Part shown: positions 38,596 to 51,612 of the stretch, piece after piece
Layout of the letters: each line of letters begins with the position of its first letter
Numbering within the stretch: the stretch's first letter is position 1
Origin: Gracilinanus agilis
Lineage: Eukaryota
NCBI RefSeq assembly: GCF_016433145.1
Contig: NC_058131.1
Coordinates: 284,514,695 to 284,578,694 of the forward strand
DNA length: 64,000 bases
Reading direction: 5' to 3'
The notes under the pieces: model-generated
What the model saw: the letters and a program-made list of their open reading frames with translations, nothing else
The model's database searches: none
What the model was told of the DNA's origin: nothing
Made by a program: the position numbers and the translations under genes

Positions 38596-38867
38596 AGATT
38601 CAATGCATGCATGAAACCCAGCAGTTGCTTCGTCGAGTGGTACATGAGATTGGACTGGAGCTGAAGTCAGCTGCTGTCTGTACCCAGGTGCGCAGGACCA
38701 GAGATGGGGTCTTCACCCTGGAGGATGCCCTCCTACGGACACAGTGGGATATGCACAGCATTCAAAAATCAATCCAGAAAGTGACACCCCGAGTGGAGGC
38801 AGAACTTAAAAAGTACCAAACAGTAGGACCGGCCCAAAGAGACCTTGTGGGACACCCTGCTTCCTAA
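38596..38867 (+). CDS. TRUB2: TRUB2 exon 8 (last)
   Basis: gtatag|AGATT; EIQCMHETQQLLRRVVHEIGLELKSAAVCTQVRRTRDGVFTLEDALLRTQW...HPAS*. The eight exons total 933 nt = 310 aa + stop. Confidence 0.96.
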
Positions 38868-39101
38868 CAGATCCAGGTCACAGGCAAACTCAAGGAAACT
38901 TTCCCCATGGGCTAAGTAGAATGAGGCACACAGCCTCAGGAAAGAATAGCAAAGGAGGGTGCTGTGATGGTGTAGGAGTTAGCAAATAACTGAATTGCAG
39001 GAGACAGTCATGGGAGATCCATGACCTGACTCAGGTAAGAGTTCATGAATCCCCCCAGAAGGATTTGGGAACCTTTGAAAATGATCCTAATTCATTCAGT
39101 A

Positions 39102-39107
39102 AATAAA
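39102..39107 (+). other. TRUB2: Candidate proximal TRUB2 poly(A) signal AATAAA
   Basis: First AATAAA, ~235 nt after the stop. Confidence 0.55.
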
Positions 39108-42100
39108 AGGCCCTGCCCCCTGGCTTTTGTATAAGGAAGTGACCCACTGTTACTGCTCTAGTGGAAGAGTTGAGAAACCAGCATTCTTGGCTACCTCTGA
39201 ATCTGGCCTAATCTTGCCAATGTCAGTGGCAAAGTGGTGGTAGAGAGGTGGAGACTCCCAAGATAAAATAGTGAGAAGACAAGATAGAAAAAGATGAGCA
39301 GATAATGGGCTTTAGGCTTACAGTTTCAAGTGGACCCTTCTAACCTATTTTGGGAGGGAGGTATCAGGAAGAACTGAGATTTCTTCTGAAGAACTTGGAG
39401 CACTCAGTAACTGGGATTATTCTGGTTTTTGTTGCAGAGAGGGAGAAATGAGATATGGGTTTGTGGAAATTTCTTCTCTTTTTTCCTGACCCTAAATCTC
39501 TAGGCAGGGTAAGTTAGGGGAGAAAGAACACTGGAATTTGTGTCAGAAGATCTGAGTTTGAATCCCAGCTTTGCCATTTTCTAGCTAGACGACCATGGAC
39601 AAATCACCTCACCTTTCTGAGCATGTTTCCTCAACTATAAGAATCAGGATTATGACACGCATTTCAGGCTGCACAGGGTTAATTGTGAGGACCAGAGGAG
39701 ATGGGGTGGATGTATGTGTGGATGTAAAGAATTTTGTAAACCTATTAAGTGCTGTATGAGGGTTAGTTACTGCTATCCAACAGTAACCCAAGACTACTTT
39801 CTAACAACTCAGGATAATGGACGTCTGGGTGAATGGCCGAACAGTACAGGTGATCTTTTTTTTTTTTTAGTTCCTCTTCTAGAGCTTGGGCATTGCTTTT
39901 TGGCTTATCACTACCTGAAATCAAAAAGAACTGTGCCTCATATGTGTCCCTGGGGATAGGGCCAAATTATAGGTGAAGAGGAGGGTGATTGCAGAGCTTG
40001 TTCTATGTTGCCTAACAACCACGTGTGGAAGAGAATGGGAGTTAGAAAACTCTGCTAAGGCAGAGAAAATTTCCATTCTAAGTTGGTGACTTTTCTCCTG
40101 CCTTCTTCCACCCTTCCTTCTGCTGCTATGTATGTAGGTGTCAGAGGCAGACTTAAACAGGAGTCTGGGCCTAAGGAGCTTCTAGTACCCTTGCTCTAGT
40201 CAGGTATGGACTATGCCTAGTAATAGTTAGGTCACAATGAATGGTAATAACCTTGCTGATAATAAACTTTAAGCATCAGTTCCACCCATCATTACTCACA
40301 CCACCCTTGTCCCCTCCAGAATGGATCCACCCCTTTTCTTAAGCAAAGCAAGACTTTTGTTCTCTGGAAGTATGTTACAACAAATGCAAACTCTCATAAA
40401 ATCCAAATGGGCATGGACTATCAAGTCAAAAGTCCTACCCTTCTGCCTTGATTCTCCCTGCCCAACATGGGTTTAAGGAAGGGTGAAGAGTTTATTTGTT
40501 CTCTCTCTTCTTCCTAATTTCGACTGTGCCAGGATGGCTCATTTTTTGAAAGCTCCAATTCGAGTGTAGCCCTCATCTTGCACATAGTGGCTTCTTAAAA
40601 AGTCCTGCTGGAACATGACAAAACTAGTGGAAATGTGCATCGGCCATGGGTGGGGGGACTGCGGGGGGGGGGGGGCGAAGGGGAAAGGAGGAGCATGAAT
40701 CATGTAACCATGTTAAAAATGAATATTAATAAATGTTTGAAAAAAAAAGTCCTGCTGGATAGAATTGAATTTCTCCCCATTCATGCACCACAGCCTAGAT
40801 TTCTTTCAGTCAACACATTTTAAGTACTTGCCTATCTTTTACAGAATGCTTTCTGTGTACATAGCACTTAACTAGATTGCAGCTAATGCCCTGTTAAAAT
40901 ATTCCCTAGAGCTTACAGTTTAGTGAGGGGAATAAGACATGTATACAAATAATTAATACAGTACCTGTGAAAGTCTAATAAGAGAAGTACCAAATACTGT
41001 GATTTCACCAGAGGGAAAATATTAATTTCTGGGTACTTTTATACTTAGCACCATGCTAGCTGCTATAATTACATAAGAAATATGAGACCTAGACCCAGTT
41101 CTTTCCTGCCGTAGGTCCCTGTGTTCATTTACCTTACAAATAACCTTTGGTCCCTTTTCCCTTCTGATTATCCTTAAACCTATCTGGCTTGTTTTCCTTC
41201 ACTCTCATCCCTAATCCTGGCTCTTAAGGTAGCATTTTTTCTAGCCCAGTTTATATGGGTGCTTTATAAATACTTATTAACTTAAGGCCCCAAATAAAGG
41301 AAACAAGAGTCCTCAGGGGCCACAGTTTGCATAGCATGCACATAAAAGAGCATGCCCTTGATTATACTCTTGGCCCCTCAGCTTGTCAGAATATGCTATA
41401 TATTTCACCTAAGGAAAGAAATGAAGGTTAGCAAAGAACTCTTCCCTGTCGGTAGTGATGGCTAGGCTGCAGTGAATATTTTCAGTATCAGCAATCAAGA
41501 TTGATGTTAGTCGTCACTAACAATTTCCTGTTTGTGTTGTGAGATAATGATACATACTACTAAGAAAGGCCGGAGGATCATCTTTGCAGGAGATAGATGG
41601 ATTGCTAATTCTTTTTGCCTAAGGATTTTGCATATAGTAATATAAGTTGGTGTCATAGTTGCCTCTCCCTGATCACTCTTAAGAAAAAAAAAACCAGCTT
41701 AGTCAGAAAACCTGTACTCTAGTCACTTATTAGTCATATACCCATGGACAAATTGCCAAATATGAACGAGCATTGGTTTCCTCATTTGTGAAATAGTGGT
41801 AATGCCCATCCTACATATTTCATATTGTTGTGAGGATCAAAGGATAGAGACTGTATGTGAATGCACTTAGCCATGTATGGTTAATATCATTAAGGTTTGA
41901 AAGAGTCAGGATACTTTGAGGAGTTCCAGTGGCCAAGCTCACCCCTTTTGTGAGGTTATGGACTTATAAAGTGAGTGCCAGTGAAAGCAAAACAGCTCTG
42001 TTCTTATCCTAAGAAACTAGCAGAACAGGTTTTGGGTTTTGTTTTGTTTTTTTGTAAGGTGGCTAAAGAAGCAAGAGACACAGAAAAAGTCACCTAGCAG

Positions 42101-42942
42101 TGAGCAATTTTTCTCCTGCACAGGTTAAGGATTAGGGGAAGACTGAAGTGACCGTTTACCAAGAGGAAGCTGATTCAAATTGGCTAACATTGGTTTTTTG
42201 GCTTAGCAAAAGCTTGCTGTTTAAGAATAAAGTTGTGTTTAGATTTAATTTATGATGGCTTGAGGAGATTTAAACATGTATGTAAAACACTTTATAAACC
42301 TTTTTAGTCTCTTGCCATTTCTAAAATGTGTTTCTTTTTTTTCCTTGAATTTGATTTTATTTTTCAATTATATGTAAGAACAATTTTTGAAAATTGTTTT
42401 CTGACATTTGGTGATTCAGATTCTCTCTTTTCCTCCCTGAGTGGTATATAGTCTGATATGTTATCTCAGTGCTTTCATGCAATAAATGTATTTACTTTTA
42501 ACTCCTGTGTTTGCATTTCAAAGTTTACTCTGACCTGATCTTTTCATCAGAAATACTTGGAGGTCCTCAGTTTCATTAAAGGTCCTTATAATTCCCATAG
42601 GATTATACTAATTTTTTTCTGGGTAAATTATTCTTGGTGGTAAACTTACTTTTGCCTTTGGATTATGGTATTTCAAATGCTCTCCTTATTTGTAGTAGTA
42701 GCTGCCAAATCTTGTGTGAACCTGGGATTTGTTTTTAGATACTTGAACTCTTTCTGGATACTTGAATTATTTTTTTTTTTAACTTGGAAACTGAATTTTG
42801 GCTTACATTTCTGGAAATTTTCATTTTGGGATCTCTTTCAGGAGGTTACCAGTGAATTCTTTGTATTTTTACTTTGCCCTGTAGTTCTGATACAAGAATA
42901 AAGAGAATGCCCAAGAGAAGGCCTACTGTTTGATCCATTTTT

Positions 42943-43136
42943 TTTTTTTTTTACATTTTTAAACCCTTAACTTCTGTGTATTGACTCCTAGGTGGAAGAG
43001 TGTTAAGGGTGGGCAATGGGGGTCAAGTGACTTGTCCAGGGTTACACAGCTGGGAAGTGTCTCAGGGCAGATTTGAACCTAGGACCTCCCGTCTCTAGGT
43101 CTGACTCTCAATCCACTGAGCTACCCAGCTGCCCCT
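42943..43136 (-). mobile_element. Young SINE
   Basis: TSD TGTTTGATCCATTTTT on both sides (from 42927 and 43137). Confidence 0.9.
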
Positions 43137-43820
43137 TGTTTGATCCATTTTTATAGATTAGAGAGAAAAGATTGAGTGTTAAATCAGAAGCTTTTGAAAA
43201 TTCTAAACAAAGGGTTTTGAAGTCTGGGAGAAATGGGACAGATGATTGTTGAAATATGAACCTGCTTATCTCCTAACCTTGTATACCTAGATGCCTATAG
43301 CATTTGGCATGGAAATATAAATTGTCTATTATGGACAGGATGACTTAATTTGAGACAAACATCTCTTCTCTGGAGGAACGTTGTTCTCATTACTTGGCTG
43401 ACTGACTATTTTGGTTTGTAATTTTAACCTTTTACCTGATTCACCATTCCCACCCAGCCTCCAGGGTTCTCTGTACCCTCATTAACCCTTCACACTGACT
43501 CTAGCCTACAGAAAACATTTGAGTCAGGCAGCTTCCTCACAGTGCTTTTTAAAGGTTCTAGAGGTGAGACCTTCACCCTGAACCTCTTCCAGACCTGCAC
43601 ATTAAGAAAAGCTTAAGTAAGGCTTTGCTTTATGAGTTTTTACTCCAGCCATTCAGTCACATAAAAAATAAACAATCATTTAAACATCTGTCAACATGCA
43701 AGAAGTAGCATGCCATAGTAGATAGAGAGCTGCCTTCAAAGCCAAGACCGGATACAAATTTTACCTCTGACACATATTGGCAGTGTGACCCTCAGCAATT
43801 ACAATCTTTAGACTTTAGGC

Positions 43821-43979
43821 CAATGATGGGCAAACTACAACCCAAGGGCCAGATGTGGGCCCCCTGAAATGTTCTATATACGATACATTGAAACTTCGAA
43901 AGAGCTGCCTTAGAAACAGACTGACAGATGAGCATTTCCTTTCCTTTGGCCCCCTCTTTAAAAAGTTTGCCTATCACTG
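43821..43979. mobile_element. hAT MITE, 159 bp
   Basis: TIRs CAATGATGGGCAAACT / AGTTTGCCTATCACTG; TSD CTTTAGGC / ATCTAGGC (6/8). Confidence 0.85.
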
Positions 43980-46018
43980 ATCTAGGCAAGTTTCTAAAAC
44001 TAAGTTGAAAAGAAAATGCAAAATATAGTCCCTGCCCTTTTGCTTCTTTAAGAACCTCTGTGCCAGACAGACCTCTCTGTCAAAGGAGAAATGGCCCTAA
44101 GGAAAGACAAACAGGAATTGGTATCCGGACAGTATTCTGATATTTATTTACTTCATTTTAATGCTGTAAGATGGCATAGCACTTATTTCCTTGTTATAGA
44201 TTAGCTTTTCCTACTCTGAGAATCTGGAATTCCTAAGACCTTTTATTATCTTAGAGGGCTGAGACGTTGTCTTTAGAATATTTTAGAATATCTAGAATAC
44301 TAAAATATTAAAGCAGTTGTATTCATGGCCCAGACTGTGATCCAAATCTCCTGATTAGCTGCCTGGAATTCCTGCTTCCTTCAGATGGGAAGTTGCCAGA
44401 GAGAACAGCTTCCCTTGCAAAAGAGGAAACAAAGACTGTAGCCATGTCACCAGCTCCTTGCCTGAACCGTCCTGTGCAAGGCTGTTCAGCTAATCCTTTG
44501 TAGACTATGATCAAGGCATCAGAGAACTCTTTGAAGGACTTTGATTTATTGCTGAGGTGACACTGCCTCCCAGAGGCCCATTCCTATTTTTGCACCTCCA
44601 ACTGGGAATTTATTCTAGATTTAAGAAATGAATTGGCTACTAGGAAACAGGGGTTTACCTAAGATGTCATCCTACAGCCAGGAGTTCTCCAGATGACGTT
44701 TGATTTAATTCAAAGTAAAGAGGAGGAATATGTCAGTGTGGTGTTGGGATTCCCAGCCAGGCAGCCAGAGAGTAGGAACAAGGGGAAGAAAGCTATTAAC
44801 ATGGCTGCCTTTTGTCTTAAATACTCACTCTAAATGGTGTGTGGAATTACTACACGGCTCCCACAACTTGGAGAAGATGCTTTGAAGTGAGATCAGAACT
44901 CTCCTCTGTAATGAGGAAAGGGAGTCCTACCCGTAGGCATAGGGAATTGAGGTGAAATGTTGAAAACTTAATTTTAGGAGATTATTCTGACATTACAAGT
45001 TGTTCCCTCTTTCCCTTATTTTGTCATCTCCTTTACCTGGCTTCTTGTCATATACAATAACATGGTTCAGATAGATGAGCATATAGTAGATCAAAAGACT
45101 TTATCCTGGCGATTTTGGAATTGTTTTTCATGGCGATAGTAAGGGTGTGGGAAATAGAAGAGTAGGTGAGTTGTGGCTTGAAAAGTCTTAAGAACTGTTA
45201 GTTTAGCTTTATTTTAAATAGTTCCTTGGGAGTCTAACCAAGTTCCAATTCTTGGTGTCAGTCTCCTTTCCTAATCAAGTCTCCTCAGCTCTTACAAGGA
45301 ATGAAAATAGGACAGGGTTGTTACTCCAAGCTTCCAAATATTTTGCACATAGTAGAACTCATTAAAATCCTCCCTGAAAAAATTTAACCAACTGGCATAA
45401 ATAGGAACTGTGACTCTTCCCATTTGGAGATGCCTTGCCCCTACATGCTTTCTGAGAGACAAGGCAAGGACAATGAGAAGGAAGCTGGAATGGTGGGGAG
45501 CAGCAAAGTTAGAAAGGTCATTTAGCCAAATGGCCCTTCCCTCTGCCCTCCATTCTGCTCCCCCTCAACTCTCCATGATACTGGGGAGGTGAAGCGCCAG
45601 GGAAGTTAAAGGATAAATGAAACAGTACAGGAAACTAATAAAATGTTTGCCTTTTACGGCTGAAAACTTAAAATCATATGTGATTGGTAATCAGAACATT
45701 TTTTCTGTCCCCCTAGAAGAGAGGAGCTCCACCTCTCCTTGTCATCTATTTTCAAGTCTTATTTACCATCAAAAATAAAATTATTAAATGTAATATTAAT
45801 AAAATATTGTAGTTGCCATTGTAAAATTTACTCTCAAATAGGAGTGCGTTAGTAGCTCTTAACAATGTAATTTTTAATAAAATGGAGATATATGAAAAAG
45901 GGAAATGAAGGAGGGAGACAGAAAAATCTCACCCATCTAGAAAAATACCTAAACCAAAATCCCAAGCCCGCCAAGCTATTTAAGTCGCAAAGCCCTCGAG
46001 TGCCAACAGAGAGAGATC

Positions 46019-46021
<3 letters not shown>

Positions 46022-46051
<30 letters not shown>
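46022..46051 (+). repeat. (AG)n microsatellite
   Basis: Perfect dinucleotide run. Confidence 0.95.
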
Positions 46052-46056
<5 letters not shown>

Positions 46057-46358
46057 TCTGCCCCACACCTTTTATACGATCCCTATGCATGAAAAAATGG
46101 GGAACAGGGTAGGACAAATTTAGGGAGTGGTTTCTATCATCACATCATTATGTAAGACAAACCATCCTTATGAATTTGAATATACAAGCAACATCACACA
46201 AATTAATAACAATTCCAGATCTATGGATTAGGTAAATTTTTTTAATATGATATATACACATAAAGGATATAGTAAAAAATGCTAGTGATAGGTTCCCTGT
46301 AATACTCAATTCAGAGGGTTGAAGAGCTTAAAAATCAACTCTTCAACACATACACATA

Positions 46359-46363
<5 letters not shown>

Positions 46364-46439
<76 letters not shown>

Positions 46440-46518
46440 CCTTTTCCAAANNNNNNNNNNNNNNNNNNNNNNNNNNNNNNNNNNNNNNNNNNNNNNNNNN
46501 NNNATGTGTATAAGAGAC

Positions 46519-46575
<57 letters not shown>

Positions 46576-46585
46576 CCTTTTCCAA
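46364..46585 (+). repeat. (CT)n microsatellite duplicated across an N gap (46451-46503), with Tn5 adapter at 46504-46520
   Basis: (CT)n-CCCCTTTTCCAAA occurs on both sides of the gap; ATGTGTATAAGAGACAG abuts the gap. Confidence 0.93.
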
Positions 46586-46736
46586 ATTAGTATAACCTTT
46601 CTAGAAAAGCACTTGTGAATACTTTGTCTGCCATGACTGCCTCTCTCAGAACTCTTGTAGTTTTCTTCTTCATGCTTTTCTTGGGTCTTTTTGCTTACAC
46701 CGAGCTAAGGAGGATGCAGGGAAAGCAACTTTCTGC

Positions 46737-46801
46737 TTAGTCATTTATATCCAGATCAAATTCAGGATACAGCTCCTTGGTAGTGACCCCTCTGATGCTG
46801 G
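46737..46801 (-). CDS. SWI5: SWI5 exon 5 (last, 65 nt coding)
   Basis: ctcttccag|CCAGC; ASIRGVTTKELYPEFDLDIND*; TAA at 46739-46737. Confidence 0.96.
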
Positions 46802-47099
46802 CTGGAAGAGCAGAATGATGATGTGAGAGAAATGAAAGTTGGGAAAGAGGCTGCTGTCAGAATCTGGGCACAAAAATGACCCAACATTTTGACCAAAAAC
46901 TCCTTTTCTCAAATCCCTCTGTCAGATTGAGACTACTTGCCCAAGGCTTCAAGACATGTACTTGTCTGCCATCACATTCTTCCATTTCTTTCACCCTTTC
47001 TACAAGGTCAAACCAATCTTTAAGCTGCTTTTTCATTCTTTTTCCCATGGACCCAGGACATCATTTTATCATCCATGCAGAGATGTAAAGGGATTAGAC

Positions 47100-49070
47100 C
47101 TCAACATTTTCTTCCTCCTCCTTTTGGGAAGTCTTTTCTTATGACACTTGATTTTTCTCTTTCTGTTCCAAATTCTCTTCCTCCTCTCCCCCTCACCATT
47201 GAGAAGGTAAGAAAACCAAAATCCATTACAGATATGTATAGTTATTCAAAATAAGTCATGTTCCAAAGAAAAAGCAAGAAAGACAATATCTTTTGTTTTT
47301 TATATTACCTTAATTTCCTAAAATAGCCTTCCCTCTAACATTATCAGAGAGTTCTCCCTTATAATAAAGAACGAAAAAGGCAAAACAAAACCAAACATAT
47401 CCAGTCAAATGTCATATGTGGTAGTTAGTGTGCCTCACATCAAGAATGTCAGGAAGTGCATTCTCAAATCTCCTCTTTGAGGCTAAGCTTGTTCATTATA
47501 ATTTTTTTGAACTTGGGAACAAACACTTAATAAGATGAGCACTTCCATATATAGTATAGAACAGGAGAGGATTATACAAGAAGCTCCAAAGTTGTCATTT
47601 CATTATAAGTTCATGTTTTCATTTAGTTTTTTTTTATTGTTCTTTCTGTTGTTAATCACTGTGTAACATTTTCCTGATTCTACTTACTTCCCTTTGCTGT
47701 AGGTTCATATAAGTCTTTTCCTGTTTCCCTGTATTCTTCATAGTAATTGTTTATTACAGTGCAATATTATTACATTATGTTAACATATAACGTGTTAAGC
47801 CTTTCCTCAGTGGATGGGGGAGGTACTTTGTTTTCAGGTCTTTGCTACTACAAAAAAAGCTGCTACTCAACAGGGGAATGACAGAGAAAGAGCAAAAGAA
47901 GGGAGGGGGGAAATGACTGGGAAGGTAAATTAAAGGAAGGATTAATCCTGAGGGGGAAAAAATGCTCATGTACAAAAATGTTAATAGTTTTCTTTAAGGT
48001 GGCAAAGGGGGGAATATGAGGGGATACCCATAAATGGATGAGATATTATTATGCTGTAAAGAATAACAGTTTCAGAGAAAACTGGGGAAAATGGTAGGAA
48101 CTGATACAGAAAACAGAACAATTTATACGACAACAATATGGTAAAGCCAAACAACTTTGAAAGAATTATTTTTCTTACCAGTTTAATGACTAATCATGAT
48201 TCGAGAGGCCTAATGATGAAATATGGTGCCTGCCTCCTTATAAGGAGAGGTAGCCTCAAGAGTACAGAATGAGGGGGCAGCTGGGTAGCTCAGTGGATTG
48301 AGAGTCAGGCCTAGAGACAGGAGGTCCTAGGTTCAAATCTGGCCTCAGACACTTCCCAGCTGTGTGACCCTGGGCAAGTCACTTGACCCCCACTGCCTAC
48401 CCTTACCACTCTTCTGCCTTGGAGCCAATACACAGAATTGACTCCAAGACGGAAGGTAAGGGTTTAAAAAAAAAAAAAAAAAAAAGAGTACAGAATGAAA
48501 ACATTTTTGTTTGATGCATGGCCAAAGTGGAAATTTATTTTTCTTTAGTTCTCAATTAGGTCTAGGGGTAGAGCATGAGGATTTGGGTAGGAGAGTGAGA
48601 AGATGAATTTTTGTTGATTGGGAAAAATAAAATATTATAAATATTTTGATATATACAGTGCCTTTATTTTATTTTACTTTTTTTTTTTATCACTGATATA
48701 TATGGGGTATATATTGCCTAATAGTGGTGTCTTTGGGTCAAAGGGTATGACTTAGACTCTTCCTTAGTATAATTTAAACTGTTTACCAAAATGGTTAGAT
48801 CAATTCACAGTTTTATTAACAGTGTTTTTGTATGCTTGTCTTTTAAAAGCCCTCCAACCCTGATCAATCCATCTTTTATCATCTTTGCCATTGGCTGGAT
48901 TGAGATGAAACCTTGAGTTGTTTTGATTTTCGTTTCTTATTATTTGGAACAACTTTTTATATGGTTAATAGTTTGCAATTCTCCTCTTGAGAACTGATTG
49001 TTCATATCCTTTGGGGAATGGCTTAAATGCTATATTTGTGTTAGTTTCTTATGTCTTTGTTATCAGAAAT
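47100..49070. mobile_element. Several old L1 3' fragments in both orientations
   Basis: Recognisable L1 3'UTR/ORF2-end words; bounds approximate. Confidence 0.6.
48273..48483 (+). mobile_element. SINE of an intermediate subfamily
   Basis: Perfect TSD AAGAGTACAGAATGA (48258-48272 / 48484-48498). Confidence 0.92.
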
Positions 49071-49230
49071 ACTTGATGTAGGTGGTTCAGTGGATAAAGT
49101 CAGGCCTGGAGTCAGGATGACCTGGGTTCAAATCTTGCCTCAGATACTTCCTATCTATGTGACCCTAAGCAAGTCACTTAATCCCAAATGTCTAGCTCTT
49201 ATTGCTCTTCTGCATATTTAGTATTGACTC

Positions 49231-49277
49231 CTTCCTTCCTTCCTTCCTTCCTTCCTTCCTTCCTTCCTTCCTTCCTT
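49231..49277 (+). repeat. (TTCC)n microsatellite at a SINE 3' end
   Basis: Direct observation. Confidence 0.92.
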
Positions 49278-49759
49278 CTGTCTCTTATACACANNNNNNN
49301 NNNNNNNNNNNNNNNNNNNNNNNNNNNNNNNNNNNNNNNNNNNNNNNNNNNNNNNNNNNNNNNNNNNNNNNNNNNNNNNNNNNNNNNNNNNNNNNNNNNN
49401 NNNNNNNNNNNNNNNNNNNNNNNNNNNNNNNNNNNNNNNNNNNNNNNNNNNNNNNNNNNNNNNNNNNNNNNNNNNNNNNNNNNNNNNNNNNNNNNNNNNN
49501 NNNNNNNNNNNNNNNNNNNNNNNNNNNNNNNNNNNNNNNNNNNNNNNNNNNNNNNNNNNNNNNNNNNNNNNNNNNNNNNNNNNNNNNNNNNNNNNNNNNN
49601 NNNNNNNNNNNNNNNNNNNNNNNNNNNNNNNNNNNNNNNNNNNNNNNNNNNNNNNNNNNNNNNNNNNNNNNNNNNNNNNNNNNNNNNNNNNNNNNNNNNN
49701 NNNNNNNNNNNNNNNNNNNNNNNNNNNNNNNNNNNNNNNNNNNNNNNNNNNNNNNNNNN
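49278..49759. other. Tn5 adapter remnant (49278-49293) plus assembly gap (N, 49294-49759)
   Basis: CTGTCTCTTATACACA is 16 nt of the mosaic-end reverse complement and lies directly before the Ns. Confidence 0.95.
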
Positions 49760-50079
49760 AATCAATACTGCATATTGGTTCCAAGGCAGAAGATTGGTAA
49801 GGGCTAGGCAATGGAGGTTAAATGACTTGCCCAGGGTCACACAGCTGGGAAGTGTCTGAGACTAGATTCGAACATAGGACCTCCCATCTCTAAGCCTGGT
49901 TGTCAATCCATTGAGCCACCCAGCTGCCCCCTATTTAATAATGAGTCTTAAGAGAAAAGGGGTAAGGGTTTAAAAAAAAACAAAAGATTCCCCCCCAGAT
50001 GAATACTTCCCTTCTGGGAAGAAAAAAGTAAAAATGACTATATAGGGAAGAATCAGAAACAAATTAATTTCTTAACTCA

Positions 50080-50900
50080 GTTTCAACAAGACATAAATTA
50101 CTTGGGAACTCCCTATTTAACAAGAACTGCTAGGAAAACTGGAAGGCAGTTTGGCAGAAGGTAGTTTTAGATTAATATCTATATGTACTACAATAAACTC
50201 AAAATGGATAAGACACCTGACTGATAAAAATCACATCATTAAAAAAATGAAAAGAAACTAGAGTAGGTACCTTTTCATAGCTACAAAAAGAGGAAAATTC
50301 TATGGAAAATTCTCCAACTTCACAGAACTGCTCTTACAGACCTACAGGCTTCTGTTGGCACTTAAGAAACAAGCAAGCAGATCTTATGACAATGATCTAA
50401 AATGATTATTTGTTGCTAAATAACTTGCCGAGCATGTACGACATACATTAGATACTCAACTGAGTTGGAAAGGCACTTAAAAATTTTTTAAAACAAACTG
50501 GATGCTCTTCAGTTGAGGGAATGGCTGATGGTCCATGAATATAATGGAGTAACTACTGTATCATAAGAAAATAAGAATGTTGAGAATTAGAGAAATTTGG
50601 GAAGACATGTAAACTTATGTAGAATAGAATGAGTAGGGTCAGATCAATTAATAGGATAAGTATAATAATGCAAAGAAAAAGAGGAAAGATTTCATGAAAA
50701 AGGCCCCTTCCCTCTCAGGGAAAAAAGTAATGGACAAAATGATAAATGATAAATACATTTCCAGACTTGGACAATATGTTGATTTGTTTTGCTTGTCTAT
50801 ACTTATTTATAACAATGGAGAGCTTCTTTTGTGGGGGAGGGGAGAGTTTACAGGGAATGATTGAGATGTTAAAAAAAAAGCATGAATAAAACATTAAGAA
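50080..50900 (+). mobile_element. Old, internally deleted L1 3' fragment
   Basis: L1 ORF2-end and 3'UTR-like words; bounds approximate. Confidence 0.6.
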
Positions 50901-51517
50901 ACATATAAAAGAAAACCAAAAAGCTCAGAAGACACAAACTAAGAAATTTTGTTTTACTACCTTGTTAAATTTAACATATACTTTAAAATTTTTTGTTGAT
51001 AGTCATAATAAACGAAAGGAATTTAAAAACTTAAAAGCATCTTCCCTCTATCTCTAGAACATGAATTATGACTAAAGGCTGCCAGAGGAGATTCTTAGAA
51101 GGGACAAAATGGATCATTAAACAACAAAGGGCTGTTCTTTTGCTGTTGTTACATTAACAAGTCAGCAATTTGAGGACAAATAGAATCTCTCAAATGACCC
51201 ATATAGATATATCAAAGTTCTCCAATTATTTACTCTAGTTGGGTAGGAGGGACATTATCAGAAAACCGTCCTCATTTAGGTCCAAGGGAAGTTAGAGGCA
51301 CCTGTCACAGCCTATAGGCAGCTCCCCAAACAAGCATGCCAATTGCATGGATAAAGGAGTTTAGGGGTCAAAATACAAACAGCCTAGTCATTCGCAGTTG
51401 GCTGTAATTTGTGAGTTTGAGATGAGGAGTTCTAAGAATGCATGGCTGAATATGGTAGGAGGCATGAAGGTGTGGGGCAAAGGTGGTCTCTCTAAAGCTA
51501 GAGAACTGGCCACTCAC

Positions 51518-51612
51518 CTAATTTTCCCATTAACATCTGGCCCACATCTTTAATGTCATTGTACTCATGAAGCAGGGAAATGTGGTCCTCCAACTCAGAC
51601 ACAACATAGCCT
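51518..51612 (-). CDS. SWI5: SWI5 exon 4 (95 nt)
   Basis: tgtttcag|AGGC...TTAG|gtgagt; GYVVSELEDHISLLHEYNDIKDVGQMLMGKL, the Swi5-domain signature. Confidence 0.97.

Noticed and set aside
44277-44309. Inverted repeat AATATTTTAG...CTAAAATATT around a TCTAGA, a possible hAT excision footprint
   Set aside because: Only 10 bp in AT-rich tandem TAGAATA sequence; easily arises by chance.
46319-49859. ORFs of 60-220 aa spanning the N gaps and microsatellites
   Set aside because: Artefacts of N runs and (CT)n/(TTCC)n repeats.
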